Below, piece after piece: positions 1 to 10,011 of a stretch of DNA of 64,000 nt. The first letter of the stretch is position 1, and each line of letters begins with the position of its first letter. The stretch is from the NCBI GenBank assembly GCA_943370295.1, contig CALRQL020000015.1, positions 8,515-72,514 on the forward strand, read 5' to 3'. The DNA is from Agrobacterium sp. 719_389. GTDB lineage: Bacteria; Bacteroidota; Bacteroidia; UBA8524. The translations under genes and the position numbers were made by a program. Below the pieces are notes generated by a model, which did no database searches, was not told the origin of the DNA, and saw nothing but the letters and a program-made list of their open reading frames with translations.

Positions 1-1348
1 TGCAACGTTGGATATAGGCAAAACCGATACTCTAAACAGGATGTTTGAAGATTTTGGTCAAGAGACTGAAAATTATGATGGGTTTGCCCGTATGAACCGT
101 TACATTGATACCCTTATCGGTTTTCAAGCCGCAAATAATTCATTCAAATCAAAACTGCCTTCCACTCTAAACCTACAGTTCGATTATCATATCGCAAAAA
201 ACTTTTATGTAAACGCCACCTACATTCAAAGCCTACGTCGCAAAGGGCAAACAGGTATGCGACATTTCACCCAATTATCAGTAACCCCCCGTTACGAGAC
301 AAAACTCATAGATGCAGCGGTACCTATTGTAATTAATAACGATTTCCGTTCGCTAAATTTTGGTATGTTTTTCAGGATAGGCCCTTTCTTTTTAGGTTCA
401 GACAGAATAGGGTCGTTACTATTTAACTCAAGAAACTTATACGGAATGGATATTTACACGGGCTTGTGTATCCCCATTGCCTATAAAAAACCAAAAGACA
501 GGGATAAGGATATGGTGTCTGACCGCAGGGATATGTGCCCCGATTCGGCAGGAGTATGGAAGCTGAAAGGTTGCCCCGACAGGGATAACGATGGGGTAGG
601 AGATAGCGAAGATAAGTGTCCTGATATGGCAGGAAGCAAGAAAACTCGCGGTTGTCCCGATACAGACGGCGACGGTATTTTAGATGATGAAGATAAATGC
701 CCTCAATTGGCCGGTGAGAAAGAATATAACGGCTGCCCTGATACAGATAAAGACGGCATAATTGATACCGCCGATGCTTGCCCTGAACTTAAAGGATTGC
801 CTGCGATGAACGGCTGTCCGGATGGGGATGGCGACGGTGTGATAGATACAGCAGACCAATGTCCGGACGAAAAAGGTTTGAAAGATAATTTCGGGTGTCC
901 TGAGAAGAAAGAAGAGCCTCGCGATACAGTGGTTGCAAAAGAAGAGCCTAAGGTTGAGCCCAAAAAAGAGCCCAAACCCATGCAAGCCGAAGATAAAATT
1001 TTGCAAGAGGCGTTTGATAATCTGACTTTTGAAACTGGTAGTGATGTAATTAAAGACGAATCGTTTGAGGCGCTGGATAATTTGGCAAGATTGCTGAACG
1101 CAAAGAAAAATTACTTAGTATCAATAGAAGGACATACGGACAATATCGGCGACCCTGCAATTAATCTTTCATTAAGCAAACGTCGTGCACAAGCCGTGAA
1201 AAAATACCTTATCAGTAAAGGTATTGATGCTAAGCGTTTGTTTGCTGATGGCTTTGGCAGTTCAAGGCCGATAGCCAGCAATGCCACCCCCGAAGGTCGC
1301 AAGAAAAACCGCCGTGTTGAATTTTTAATTATGCGCTTGGCTGAATAA
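1..1348 (+). CDS. OmpA-family protein with thrombospondin type-3 (TSP3) Ca-binding repeats; 5' end cut by window edge
   Basis: The frame is open back to base 2. About 7 tandem D-x-D-x-D-G-x-x-D-x-x-D-x-C-P units (e.g. DTDGDGILDDEDKCP) are followed by an OmpA C-terminal peptidoglycan-binding motif (IEGHTDNIGD...LSKRRAQAV...NRRVEF). Confidence 0.9.
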   Translation, partial: ATLDIGKTDTLNRMFEDFGQETENYDGFARMNRYIDTLIGFQAANNSFKSKLPSTLNLQFDYHIAKNFYVNATYIQSLRRKGQTGMRHFTQLSVTPRYETKLIDAAVPIVINNDFRSLNFGMFFRIGPFFLGSDRIGSLLFNSRNLYGMDIYTGLCIPIAYKKPKDRDKDMVSDRRDMCPDSAGVWKLKGCPDRDNDGVGDSEDKCPDMAGSKKTRGCPDTDGDGILDDEDKCPQLAGEKEYNGCPDTDKDGIIDTADACPELKGLPAMNGCPDGDGDGVIDTADQCPDEKGLKDNFGCPEKKEEPRDTVVAKEEPKVEPKKEPKPMQAEDKILQEAFDNLTFETGSDVIKDESFEALDNLARLLNAKKNYLVSIEGHTDNIGDPAINLSLSKRRAQAVKKYLISKGIDAKRLFADGFGSSRPIASNATPEGRKKNRRVEFLIMRLAE

Positions 1349-1426
1349 AAAAAAGATGTTGCACCGTACAACTTTTATACGTAAATCGCAGTTTAATAAC
1401 TCGTAACCAATTACTATATTTTAAAT

Positions 1427-2251
1427 ATGAAAAAGTTATCTCTACTTTCTTTATTCTTCGTGGCACTATTTGCCATTACATCTTGTAAAAAAGAAGAAAA
1501 CAATGCTACTCCTACTGAAAACCCAGCTGGTATTGCTCAAGAGCAAAAAGCTGTTGGTTTTTACTTGTCGGGAACTTGGTGTGGACCTTGCGGTTTGTAT
1601 GGTAAACCTGCTATGGCTAATGTTGAAAAAGCAAACCCAACCAAATTTGTTGTAGTTGCTTGCCATCTTAATGGCGGTGGCGGTGCTACTGATCCATATA
1701 ATAATGCTGAAGCAAACGCATTAGCCAGTGCTTGGGCTGTAACTGGTGTACCTACTTGCGCTATCGGCGGTGCCGGACAACCTGCACAAAAAATCGGCGG
1801 TGGTACTGGAATGGAAACCGGCATGACTACCCAAATTAATGCTGTTTTAGGTAAAACTGCTTCTGCTAACTCTTCAGTTGATTTAACAGTGGATGCCAGC
1901 AACAAACTAACCATTAAAACTAAAACTAAGTTTTTCGAATCGTCTGCTGATGCATATTCTATTTCAGCATACGTAGTTGAAAACAACATCAAGGGCCGTC
2001 AATATGTTAGCGGTACAGGTTGGAACGAAAACGCAACTCACAACAACGTATTACGTAGGAGCGTTGCCAGCAGTGTATTAGGTGAAGACTTGATTACCGG
2101 TGTTACTGCAAACCAAGAGGTTTCAAAAACTTTTGAAACTACTCTTGATGCAGCTTGGGTTAAAGATAACCTTGAAGTTGTTGTAGTACTTTGGAAAACA
2201 GGTTCTAACGGTAAAGTAATAATCAACGGTACTTCTAAAAACCTTAAATAA
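1427..2251 (+). CDS. Thioredoxin-fold lipoprotein (Omp28-related-like)
   Basis: Signal peptide with lipobox (LFAITSC) and a WCGPC motif at residues 51-55. The family name is from memory. Confidence 0.7.
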   Translation: MKKLSLLSLFFVALFAITSCKKEENNATPTENPAGIAQEQKAVGFYLSGTWCGPCGLYGKPAMANVEKANPTKFVVVACHLNGGGGATDPYNNAEANALASAWAVTGVPTCAIGGAGQPAQKIGGGTGMETGMTTQINAVLGKTASANSSVDLTVDASNKLTIKTKTKFFESSADAYSISAYVVENNIKGRQYVSGTGWNENATHNNVLRRSVASSVLGEDLITGVTANQEVSKTFETTLDAAWVKDNLEVVVVLWKTGSNGKVIINGTSKNLK

Positions 2252-2273
2252 TAATATTATCACGTTTAATAAG

Positions 2274-2303
2274 AAAAACCCGCCAACGGCGGGTTTTTTG
2301 TTT
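2274..2303. terminator. Bidirectional rho-independent terminator between convergent genes
   Basis: aacccgcc-aac-ggcgggtt forms a perfect 8-bp stem, with an A-run upstream and a T-run downstream. It abuts the miaA stop. Confidence 0.85.
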
Positions 2304-3218
2304 TTATAAACTTACTGATTTAATGTGTTGTAGCATCCCACCTGTTTGTGTAGGTTCAAACCAACTATAATCGGTGTCTTTTCTAAACCACGTTAGCTGT
2401 CGCTTGGCATAATTTCGGGTGTGCTGTTTAATTAGTTCTACGGCCTCGTTTAAAGATACTTTACCGTCAAAATAATCAAACAACTCTTTATAACCTACCG
2501 TTTGCAATGAGTTTAGACTACGATGGGGTAATAAACCCTCAACTTCCTTTAACAGTCCTGTATTCATCATCAAATCTACCCGCTGGTTGATGCGGCTGTA
2601 TAACAACTCCCTATCAAGGTTTAAGGCAATTTTTATAGGAGTAAAATCCCGTTGTGTTGTACTGTTTTTGCGCAGTTCCGAGGCTTTTTTACCCGAAGCT
2701 AAACAAATCTCAAGGGCACGTATTACACGGCGTGGGTTATTAATATCAATGGTTGAGTATGACTCAATATCCAGTTGTTTCAGTTGCTCTGTCAACACTT
2801 CCAAACCTTCGGCTTCCAACCTTCGGGAGAGTTGTTCGCGTAACTCTTCATCAGAGGGTAAATCATCCAAACCGTTTAGCAGTGCATTAATAAACAGCCC
2901 TGAACCTCCTGCCACTACCACATAGTTGTGTGATGTAAAAAGTTGTGAAAGCACAGCCAGTGCATCTTTTTCAAAATCAGCAGCAGTATAAGGGGTTGTG
3001 ATAGAGATATGCCCGATGAAATGATGTTTTACGGTTCTTAATTCATCTTCAGAAGGCCGTGCAACTCCAATATTCAATTCGCTATAAAACTGCCTTGAAT
3101 CGGCTGAAATGATTTCAGTGCCCAATTCCTTAGCAATTTGTATGGCAGCAGCCGTTTTACCCACAGCTGTTGGACCTGCAACTACAATAAGGTATTTTTT
3201 ACCGGGGTGATTAAGCAT
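2304..3218 (-). CDS. miaA: tRNA dimethylallyltransferase
   Basis: The N-terminal P-loop LIVVAGPTAVGKTAAAIQIAKELGTEIISADSRQFY and the 304-aa length are typical of MiaA. Confidence 0.93.
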   Translation of the reverse strand: MLNHPGKKYLIVVAGPTAVGKTAAAIQIAKELGTEIISADSRQFYSELNIGVARPSEDELRTVKHHFIGHISITTPYTAADFEKDALAVLSQLFTSHNYVVVAGGSGLFINALLNGLDDLPSDEELREQLSRRLEAEGLEVLTEQLKQLDIESYSTIDINNPRRVIRALEICLASGKKASELRKNSTTQRDFTPIKIALNLDRELLYSRINQRVDLMMNTGLLKEVEGLLPHRSLNSLQTVGYKELFDYFDGKVSLNEAVELIKQHTRNYAKRQLTWFRKDTDYSWFEPTQTGGMLQHIKSVSL

Positions 3219-3305
3219 TAATCAACTGTCCTAAAAATGTATGTAAGTTATAAAGGATGCTGTTTATAAAACAGCAGGAGAATGTACACAACCCGGAAAC
3301 AGGAA

Positions 3306-3911
3306 TTATATATCGTCGTCTAAACCCGTGGTAGGGGCTTCCTCATCGTCGGCAAACAATCCGCTGTCTTCTCCGTCCTCGCTCTCTTCTTCTTCGCCTT
3401 CGCTGCCAAAGCCTTCACCTAATTCTTCGGGGGCTACATCACCTGCAAGCAAGTTGCGGGTAATGTATTCAAACTCGTCTTCCTCCAAATCTTCGCCAAT
3501 CTTTTTCTCAGTATTGTATTGTTTGGGGGCTTTGCCTACTGTTTTAGCCACAAAAGGATATTCTTTTCCTGCATCTTCATTAATAATAATGCCGGTAAGT
3601 TCGCAGTTAAACCACCATTGTGCTTCCAAATCATACACATACAGTATTTTTTGGTGCGGGTCGTTTATGAAGGCGTTCAGTTTACTGTCTTTCAGCAAAG
3701 GGTTGTCAGTCCCTTTTTTGGTAGTTATTTGTTGACCCTTGCGCCAAGTATCATCGCTCATATAAAACGATGCTTCGTGCTTGTTATCAAACCCTACAGA
3801 GGTAAGGATTGCATCGTGCAAGTGCTGAAAAGTTTGATTGTGTTTCACTTCGATGATGCGGTACACCTCATCATTGTCTTCAAAGTAAACTTTAAATTTA
3901 TACAGTGGCAT
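3306..3911 (-). CDS. pRiA4b ORF-3-like (IS1096 TnpR-passenger family) domain protein with acidic C-terminal tail
   Basis: YKFKVYFEDNDEVYRIIEV...TFQHLHDAILTSVGFDNKHEASF matches the remembered pRiA4_ORF3 pattern. The tail is rich in E/D/G. Confidence 0.6.
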   Translation of the reverse strand: MPLYKFKVYFEDNDEVYRIIEVKHNQTFQHLHDAILTSVGFDNKHEASFYMSDDTWRKGQQITTKKGTDNPLLKDSKLNAFINDPHQKILYVYDLEAQWWFNCELTGIIINEDAGKEYPFVAKTVGKAPKQYNTEKKIGEDLEEDEFEYITRNLLAGDVAPEELGEGFGSEGEEEESEDGEDSGLFADDEEAPTTGLDDDI

Positions 3912-3952
3912 AGGTTTCGTGTGGCAAATTAACCAAAAATCTTATTTGTAGT

Positions 3953-5377
3953 TTATGTTGTGGGACTAGGTTTTATCGATAATCCCATTTTTGCTGCGGT
4001 GGCCAGCATAAAATCAAAAGCCTCTTGTCGGTCGTTTTTAATTTCACCGTCGAGTATGGCTTCTCGAACTGCTGCTTTTATAGCACCTATTTGGGTTTTA
4101 TCCTGTATATCAATGGTATTCATTATGTCGAAACCATCCACCGGTGGTTGAAAGTTACGCAGGTTATCGCGTTCGGTAACGTCGATTATTTTTTGCTGAA
4201 CAATTTTAAGGTTCGCCAAAAACTTCTTCACCTTAATTTCATTCTTCGAGGTAATATCGGCGCGACACAATGTAATCAGTGCATCCACATCCTCGCCTGC
4301 ATCTACAATCAATCGGCGCACGGCACTGTCTGTTACCACCTCTTGCGAAAGCACAATAGGACGCAGGTGCAGGGCTACCAATTTTTGTACAAACCTCATC
4401 TTTTCATTTAAGGGAAGTTTAAAACGGTCGAAAATGGGTTTAACCATTCGAGCGCCCCTGTCTTCGTGGCCGTGAAACGTCCACCCGTGACCCGGCTCAA
4501 AACGTTTGGTTGCCGGTTTTGCAATATCATGCAGTATGGCCGACCAGCGTAACCACAAATCATCGGTTTCCAAGCAAATATTATCCAGCACCTTTAGGGT
4601 GTGGTAAAAATTGTCTTTGTGTGCTTTTCCGTTTATCACCTCTACGCCATACATGGCTGCCAGTTCGGGGAAAATGATGTGCAGCAGCTTTGTATCAAAC
4701 AGGTAGTTAAAACCCACCGAAGGCACTTTTGAAAGGATAATTTTGTTCAACTCGTCGCTGATGCGCTCCATCGACACAATTTTTATCCGTTCGGCATTGC
4801 GCTCGATGGCCTGTAATGTTTCAGGTTCAATGATAAAACCCAACTGACTGGCAAAGCGTATACCGCGCATCATGCGCAATGGGTCATCACTAAAGGTAAT
4901 ATCAGGGTCTAAAGGTGTACGGATGATTTTATCCTCCATGTCCTTTATCCCGTTAAAAGGGTCGAGTAACTCGCCGTAGCTTTCTTTATTAAGTGATATT
5001 GCCAACGCGTTTATGGTAAAATCGCGGCGGTTTTGGTCGTCTTCCAACGTACCGTTTTCAACTATCGGTTTGCGCGAGTTGCGGTTGTACGATTCTTTTC
5101 GGGCACCTACAAACTCAATTTCCCAACCATCTTCGGTTTTCAGCATTGCCGTCCCGAAGTTTTTGAAAAAATTCACTTGGGGCTTGTTGGGGAGTAGATT
5201 TGCTACTTCGTGCGCCAAATCAATTCCGCTGCCAATAGCCACAATATCAACGTCTTTACTGTCTCGTTTCAAAAAAATATCACGCACGTAGCCGCCAATA
5301 GCATAGCAGGGTATGCCTAATTGGTGCGCGGCTTCGCTCACTACCTCAAAGATGTGATGGGTAAGATGCTGTTTCAT
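3953..5377 (-). CDS. tRNA nucleotidyltransferase / poly(A) polymerase family protein with HD domain (CCA-adding enzyme-like)
   Basis: PCYAIGGYVRDIFLKRDSKDVDIV nucleotidyltransferase motif plus an HD region (LHDIAKP...HGHEDRG). The start is placed at the ATG at 5377 because a -7 box lies at 5389-5396. Confidence 0.85.
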   Translation of the reverse strand: MKQHLTHHIFEVVSEAAHQLGIPCYAIGGYVRDIFLKRDSKDVDIVAIGSGIDLAHEVANLLPNKPQVNFFKNFGTAMLKTEDGWEIEFVGARKESYNRNSRKPIVENGTLEDDQNRRDFTINALAISLNKESYGELLDPFNGIKDMEDKIIRTPLDPDITFSDDPLRMMRGIRFASQLGFIIEPETLQAIERNAERIKIVSMERISDELNKIILSKVPSVGFNYLFDTKLLHIIFPELAAMYGVEVINGKAHKDNFYHTLKVLDNICLETDDLWLRWSAILHDIAKPATKRFEPGHGWTFHGHEDRGARMVKPIFDRFKLPLNEKMRFVQKLVALHLRPIVLSQEVVTDSAVRRLIVDAGEDVDALITLCRADITSKNEIKVKKFLANLKIVQQKIIDVTERDNLRNFQPPVDGFDIMNTIDIQDKTQIGAIKAAVREAILDGEIKNDRQEAFDFMLATAAKMGLSIKPSPTT

Positions 5378-5388
5378 TTGCAGGGCGG

Positions 5389-5396
5389 CAAAGATA
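5389..5396 (-). promoter_or_regulatory. Bacteroidota -7 box TAnnTTTG (TATCTTTG) upstream of the CCA-enzyme-like gene
   Basis: Exact match to the consensus, 12 nt upstream of the ATG at 5377. Confidence 0.5.
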
Positions 5397-5505
5397 AGGT
5401 GCAATTTGAAAAATTGAAGGTGATAGATGTAAGAAAACACCCACGATCCCGAAAATAGCCGCCTAAATACAGTTTACAAACGTAAATTTAGATGGGAGGG
5501 TTTTG

Positions 5506-6252
5506 TTAAACGGTCTCCAAATCGGTTTGCAGTAACAAGGCAGCAGAGGCCGCCGCCAAAATGCCTTTCAGTTGGGTATCAATACCAGGACTAATCCAAA
5601 TTCGACCCTTATTCAGCGTTTCTACAGCGCCTATTACTTTTCCGTCAAGTATGTATTCGAAACCGATAACATCCGGAAACGGAACTTTTGTGCCCTCAAC
5701 GTGGCGGATGGGATTAATTTCAATAGTTTGAGTTTGGCTATACAACAAGCCTTTGTATTTGCCCCTTTGGCGCACAATGTGGCGGTTGGCTACCAGCATA
5801 TTCCAAACGGTAGAGCTGTCCGCCTCAATGGTAACGGCAAATGTTTCGTCGTATTCTTCGTCAATCCGCATCAATTCATTCAAAATAGGATTGTTTGAGT
5901 GCCCTAAAAAGAAACCTAAATCGGTTTGTTCTTTCTTTAGTTTGCTAAGGCATTGGGCGGTATAGGTATTGCCCAAGCTATCAGATAATGAAAAGTTAAT
6001 GGCTTGTTTGCTGTTGGTATTATCAATAAACAAAAAGTTAAAGCGGCGGCTCTTTATCCAGCCGCGTTGTACTTCACCGGTTTGGTAGGAGCCGAAGCTC
6101 AACTTCTGACCAATCAACAAACCATAGCGGCCTTTTACGGTCATGGCCGCACTGGTTTGTTTCAGGTCAGTATCAACAAGCATTTGCGGTGTTTTGCATG
6201 ATGAGGCAAATAGCACCAGCATGATAAATAATGGAAATGTGAAAGTTTTCAT
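5506..6252 (-). CDS. Hypothetical lipoprotein
   Basis: MKTFTFPLFIMLVLFASSC lipoprotein signal peptide. No recognised domain. Confidence 0.65.
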   Translation of the reverse strand: MKTFTFPLFIMLVLFASSCKTPQMLVDTDLKQTSAAMTVKGRYGLLIGQKLSFGSYQTGEVQRGWIKSRRFNFLFIDNTNSKQAINFSLSDSLGNTYTAQCLSKLKKEQTDLGFFLGHSNNPILNELMRIDEEYDETFAVTIEADSSTVWNMLVANRHIVRQRGKYKGLLYSQTQTIEINPIRHVEGTKVPFPDVIGFEYILDGKVIGAVETLNKGRIWISPGIDTQLKGILAAASAALLLQTDLETV

Positions 6253-6310
6253 AGTTTGTAGGGTATATACAATCTGCTTAGTTATTACCCCCAAACGATA
6301 TGCTGATTTT

Positions 6311-7243
6311 TTAGTTAATAATTAATTTTTGTGTGCTAATGCCCTCACGGGTATTCACATTTACGAGGTAGATACCTGCTTTCAGGTTGTGTTCAATGTT
6401 AACTTGGCTTTGGTTAACGTTTTGAATGGCCTGCAATATTTTCCCCTGAATATCTGAAATGGTTACCTCTGTTATTTCTGAGCCGCTTTCAATCATCAGT
6501 TGGTTGCCTTTGGCGGGGTTAGGATATAATGATACTGCGATGTTTTTTGACATTTCAGGTGTTGAGGTTGGTCCTGGTGCATATCCTTTGGGCGTTAAAA
6601 CATAAATGGTTCCTTCTGAGGGATAAGCATCGAGTCCTGTCACGGTTTGGGGGTTTAAATCGAAAACCGGAGCTGAGAAACTTCCTTTTAAATACAATGA
6701 AGAATCGGGTGTTTCATTTTGTACTTTGTAAGTAGGAGGAGCTTGGCTAAAAATATCTTGGGTTACACCTTGGCTGCTGCCATGCCTTATTTCAATAATA
6801 TTGCTGCCCTCGTACAACCATATTTGCAGGTTGAAAAATGCCTGATTAGTCATGTCGGCTTCAAAACCGCCGTTCTTCCATTGGAGTTTTGCAATCCTGT
6901 TGGGTGAATTACCTTCAATTTTGTACGAGAAATTAGAAGTTAACGTGCTGTGTTTTATCAAAGCGCCTCCTATGACAGAAATTTCGTCATAAAAGCTGGC
7001 ACCGGTAAAGTTAACAAGCCCCAAAAAAGGGACTGCGTAAGCCGTTGCGTAGGTTTTGTTAAAAAACCTAAAGTCGAATCCCAAAGTTACGGTTCGCGGG
7101 TTTTTCCAGTCTCCTGTTGTAACGGTAGGCGAAGCTAATTCTACATAAGTGCCTGTTTTAGTGGTTAGGGTGTAGGATAAATTTTGGCTGTGAGCAAACA
7201 TGGCTCCGCCAATAAAAGCAAATAAAGTAATTACTTTTTTCAT
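6311..7243 (-). CDS. Secreted protein with T9SS type-A C-terminal sorting domain
   Basis: Signal peptide MKKVITLFAFIGGAMFAHSQ and a C-terminal LYPNPAKG...GIYLVNVNT...QKLIIN. Confidence 0.8.
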   Translation of the reverse strand: MKKVITLFAFIGGAMFAHSQNLSYTLTTKTGTYVELASPTVTTGDWKNPRTVTLGFDFRFFNKTYATAYAVPFLGLVNFTGASFYDEISVIGGALIKHSTLTSNFSYKIEGNSPNRIAKLQWKNGGFEADMTNQAFFNLQIWLYEGSNIIEIRHGSSQGVTQDIFSQAPPTYKVQNETPDSSLYLKGSFSAPVFDLNPQTVTGLDAYPSEGTIYVLTPKGYAPGPTSTPEMSKNIAVSLYPNPAKGNQLMIESGSEITEVTISDIQGKILQAIQNVNQSQVNIEHNLKAGIYLVNVNTREGISTQKLIIN

Positions 7244-7331
7244 AGTTGTTAAATGGGTTATACGCACTTACACGTACAAAACATGAAAAGGGTTGTGTGG
7301 GATGAAAAAAAATTAAGAGATAAAGGTTATG

Positions 7332-8339
7332 TTAGGAAGGTTGTAATGCCGCTACCATTTTCAATACATCAATAGACAATGCGCATTTAAAGTGTCCTTT
7401 AGGGCAAGCTTTGTGGCCGTGGAGTCCGCAAGGACGGCAATCCAAAGCAAGGTCGGTTTCAATAATGGCGCTGTTATCACTCAACGGACCGAAACCAAAG
7501 GAAGGAACCGTGCTGCAAAACATGGCTCTTGACGGGGCATTAACGGAGCTGGCAAGGTGCAACGGTGCCGAGTCGTTGGTATAATTCATTACTGCATCGC
7601 GCATCAAAGCGGTGGTTTGCAACAAGCTTAATTTTCCTGCCAAAATATGAATGGATAGAGCAGGGTTGTTCACTTTTTTAACGATCTCACCGCAAAGTTC
7701 ATTATCGCCGGGGCCGCCTAATACATACACCGAAATAGGAGAGGGGATGGCGTTTAAAAACTCCACCCATTTTTCTTGCGGAAACTGCTTGGTAAACCAT
7801 ACCGAAGCAGGTGCTATGCAAATGTATCTTTCATTCTTATAGCTGCTTACAAAATTGTGATCGGCGTTTGTGGGATATAATTTTGGGCGGGCAGGGGTAG
7901 TATCGGTAATGTCTTGAACCAACGCATGGTTACGCTCAATTTCGTGGCGTTTGTATTGGTGCGGTATTCGTTGGGTAAATAAAAACGATAACGGGTTTTT
8001 GCTAAAGCCAACGGTTTGTTTTCCCCCTGAAAATGCAGTGAGAAAACCCGAAGCTGCAAAGCGTTGCAGGTTGATTACCACATCATACTTAGTGTTTCGT
8101 ATGGTTTTCAATAGTTGCCACAAGTGTTTGTATTTACCTTCTTTCTTATTCCAAACAAGCAGAGTGTTTATAAAAGGATGTCCGGCATAAAGGCTCTCGT
8201 TTCCTTTACGAACTAAAAAATCAATACGGGCATTGGGATGGTGTTGGTGCAGTTTTTCAAGCACACCACTTGCCAAAATAGCATCGCCGATAAAGGCCGT
8301 TTGTATTACCAGTATTTTTTGAAGCGAAACTGCGCTCAT
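7332..8339 (-). CDS. Glycosyltransferase family 9 (heptosyltransferase-like)
   Basis: KILVIQTAFIGDAILASGVLEKL N-terminus and the later LGGPGD...TNDSAPLHLA motifs are typical of GT9. The ATG at 8339 is preferred over the TTG at 8348 because a -7 box overlaps the latter. Confidence 0.85.
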   Translation of the reverse strand: MSAVSLQKILVIQTAFIGDAILASGVLEKLHQHHPNARIDFLVRKGNESLYAGHPFINTLLVWNKKEGKYKHLWQLLKTIRNTKYDVVINLQRFAASGFLTAFSGGKQTVGFSKNPLSFLFTQRIPHQYKRHEIERNHALVQDITDTTPARPKLYPTNADHNFVSSYKNERYICIAPASVWFTKQFPQEKWVEFLNAIPSPISVYVLGGPGDNELCGEIVKKVNNPALSIHILAGKLSLLQTTALMRDAVMNYTNDSAPLHLASSVNAPSRAMFCSTVPSFGFGPLSDNSAIIETDLALDCRPCGLHGHKACPKGHFKCALSIDVLKMVAALQPS

Positions 8340-8345
8340 TGAGTG

Positions 8346-8353
8346 CAAAGATA
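8346..8353 (-). promoter_or_regulatory. -7 box TATCTTTG upstream of the GT9 gene
   Basis: Exact TAnnTTTG 6 nt upstream of the ATG at 8339, implying a leaderless or near-leaderless mRNA. Confidence 0.45.
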
Positions 8354-8399
8354 TAGTGTTAAATGGCTTGTTAAGCGTTTCCGGCTAAATGGAGTTTGT

Positions 8400-9953
8400 T
8401 TATTGAAAGGCAGGTTTAACCAACAGGGTGTTTTCTTTTTCAACCACTACCTGTCCAGCAGCAGCACCTTTGGGCTTGCGTACGTACTTTTTCTCGGTGT
8501 AAATGACGGGACAAAGACTATCGGTTCGGCCTTTTGAAAAATAGGCCGCTAATGATGCTGCGTATTCCAACACATCTGTGGGAACGGTTTGTCCGGGTTT
8601 GGTTTTTATCACTACGTGCGAGCCGGCCAACCCGCGGGCGTGTAGCCATACATCGTTTTTGGCTGCGTGTTTTTGGGTAAGTAAATCGTTGTTTACTGAG
8701 TTTTTACCCACTAAAATGGTGTATCCGCTCTTTTCAAACTCTTTAAAAAGGGTAGGTTTATCAATATTTTCGGTGGCTTGTTTGTCCTTTTCCATGCCGC
8801 GCAAGCTTTTACCATCGGCAGCTTGCAGTGCGGTTTCCAGTTTTTCTGAAATTTCGACAAGTTCTGTTTCAGCCTTTTGCAGGTTGTCTTGTAGTACCTC
8901 TATTTCCTTTACTTGGTTTTTGGCCTTGCGGTAATAGTTTTCTGCATTCTCTTGCGGCGTAAGCTCTTTTCTAAGCTTTATATCAATGTTTTGGTTGGTA
9001 TAAAAGTTGAGCAAGGTGGTTTTTTCAAGTCCCTTTTGCAGTTGGTAAAGATGCGCCATCAAAATATCTCCGATGTGGTTGTAAGGAGTTTGTGTGGCAA
9101 TGGTATTCAGCTTGGTTTTTTTAGAGTGAATTTCCTTTTCCAGCTTCTCTTTGCGCTGTTTAAGGGTGTTTACAAGGTTATTTTTCTTTTCCTCAAAAAA
9201 GTACTTGCCTAAATACAAGCGGGCAAAATCATTCTGAGCGATTATTGCATCGGTATAGTCGCCTAATACTTCGCCTTTGTTGTAAAAAGTAAGCGCATAT
9301 CCGTTGTTGGTTTTGCTGATATAAAATTGTGATGTAGCTAGGGTGTTCAACACCCGTTCTGCCATTTGCTTCTTTTGTGCGGTATCGGCCTCAAAATATC
9401 CTGTGCTGTTCAATTCTTCAATTGCATCTGCGGGTATAAAAGGTAGTTTTTTTGCTACCTCAGCGGTAGTAGCCGCAGCTTGCAATAAATCACTAACGGC
9501 TATGGTTTGTGGGGCTGTTATTTGGGCAAAGTCGAGTTGTGTATCGGCTTTCAGTTGTTTTCTGAAAACATCCACCACAGTGTTTTGGTTGAGTGATATC
9601 ACGTTCCCGTTTTTGCCAAACAGTTTAATATAAAGGTATAGGCCGCCGGCAAACTGTATGTGAAAGCTACGTTCAAAATCGTGCACCTTTACCTCAACCA
9701 CTACTTTTGATTCAAACAGCCTGAATTGTGGTTGTTTGTTTTTGGGTAAGGGAGCATCAATAGGGAAGGAGAGAACACTATCGGTATTGATGGTGTTGAA
9801 TTTTATGGGGAAATAACTGCCATCAGTAGTTTTAAACAGCAACCACAATTCTTGCTTTGAAGTGCTGAAACCTTCAACAAATAACGCCCCTTGCAAGATG
9901 CTGTGCAATTTTGCGGTAAGGTGCTTTAAGAAGTAGTAGTTATTGTGGTTCAA
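8400..9953 (-). CDS. NFACT / DUF814 family protein (FbpA/RqcH-like)
   Basis: Long coiled-coil middle region, then the DUF814-type motif DVWLHARGLAGSHVVIK. TTG start. Confidence 0.75.
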   Translation of the reverse strand: MNHNNYYFLKHLTAKLHSILQGALFVEGFSTSKQELWLLFKTTDGSYFPIKFNTINTDSVLSFPIDAPLPKNKQPQFRLFESKVVVEVKVHDFERSFHIQFAGGLYLYIKLFGKNGNVISLNQNTVVDVFRKQLKADTQLDFAQITAPQTIAVSDLLQAAATTAEVAKKLPFIPADAIEELNSTGYFEADTAQKKQMAERVLNTLATSQFYISKTNNGYALTFYNKGEVLGDYTDAIIAQNDFARLYLGKYFFEEKKNNLVNTLKQRKEKLEKEIHSKKTKLNTIATQTPYNHIGDILMAHLYQLQKGLEKTTLLNFYTNQNIDIKLRKELTPQENAENYYRKAKNQVKEIEVLQDNLQKAETELVEISEKLETALQAADGKSLRGMEKDKQATENIDKPTLFKEFEKSGYTILVGKNSVNNDLLTQKHAAKNDVWLHARGLAGSHVVIKTKPGQTVPTDVLEYAASLAAYFSKGRTDSLCPVIYTEKKYVRKPKGAAAGQVVVEKENTLLVKPAFQ

Positions 9954-10011
9954 CGTTCAGGTGCTAATGGGGTAATTGTTAAAGTTAGCTTTAACAATCA
10001 GGCAATTAGTA

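Noticed and set aside
1561-1992. 143-aa minus-strand ORF
   Set aside because: It is antisense to the thioredoxin-fold lipoprotein gene, which has a signal peptide, a lipobox and a terminator.
3306-3911. pRiA4b-ORF3/TnpR-passenger-like gene as evidence of an IS element
   Set aside because: There is no transposase ORF and there are no terminal inverted repeats nearby. The composition is host-like.
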